Part shown: piece by piece, positions 48,294 through 48,363 of the stretch
How the letters are laid out: each line of letters opens with the position of its first letter
How positions within the stretch are numbered: the stretch's first letter is position 1
DNA from: an uncultured Bacilli bacterium
GTDB lineage: Bacteria; Bacillota_I; Bacilli_A; RF39; UBA660
NCBI GenBank assembly: GCA_947626515.1
Contig: CANQSL010000005.1
Coordinates: forward strand, 1-48,363
Length of the DNA stretch: 48,363 bases
Direction: 5' to 3'
Notes under the pieces: model-generated
What the model was told of the DNA's origin: nothing
The model's database searches: none
The model's input: only the letters and a program-made list of their open reading frames with translations
Program-made: the position numbers and the translations under genes

Positions 48294-48363
48294 AGGCGAC
48301 TTCCTATTTTCGCTTTTCAACTATTTTCGGCGTTTTAGTGCTTAACTTCCTTGTTCGGGATGG
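48294..48363 (-). rRNA. rrf: 5S rRNA, 3' part (runs off window)
   Basis: Reverse complement CCATCCCGAACAAGGAAGTTAAGCAC...CGCCGA...AATAGGAAGTCGCC followed by T runs. Confidence 0.93.

Overview
A very AT-rich Bacillota segment using genetic code 11 (TGA is a stop and prfB is present), resembling uncultured RF39-like Bacilli. It runs between two same-strand rRNA operons: the 5' end of 16S at the left edge and the 3' part of 5S at the right edge. Almost all genes are on the minus strand. The core genes are gltX, a U32/RlhA-like gene, agrA-agrC converging on agrB-agrD, csp, hpf, secA, prfB (+1 programmed frameshift), yitT, a cwlD-like amidase, an Abi_2 gene, htrA, ychF, rplK-rplA and rplJ-rplL. 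The usual Bacillota hpf-secA-prfB order is split by about 27 kb of accessory DNA (about 10.5-37.8 kb). This insert is bounded by a 7-bp TAGTAGG core and contains a synonymously recoded second copy of the secA 3' end plus integrase-arm-like repeats, but no integrase. Its cargo is: (i) a tightly coupled ~8 kb operon with a NusG-KOW fusion, two degenerate DnaB-like proteins, a minimal PolC that keeps its catalytic aspartates but lacks proofreading, OB and clamp-binding parts, a tandem DUF4160-like protein and an RNase J-like MBL/beta-CASP::PD-(D/E)XK fusion nuclease, which is the best candidate for an undescribed, probably anti-phage, system; (ii) an NrtR-box-controlled pnuC-NDT-purA-kinase-hydrolase-nrtR-rdgB nucleotide salvage/sanitising cluster; (iii) a LysR-linked coaC-coaB-aldolase-like-methyltransferase-aminotransferase operon; and (iv) HEPN, RyR-repeat, UDG-like and GNAT genes. 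All family calls come from motif recognition by eye; no database searches were run.
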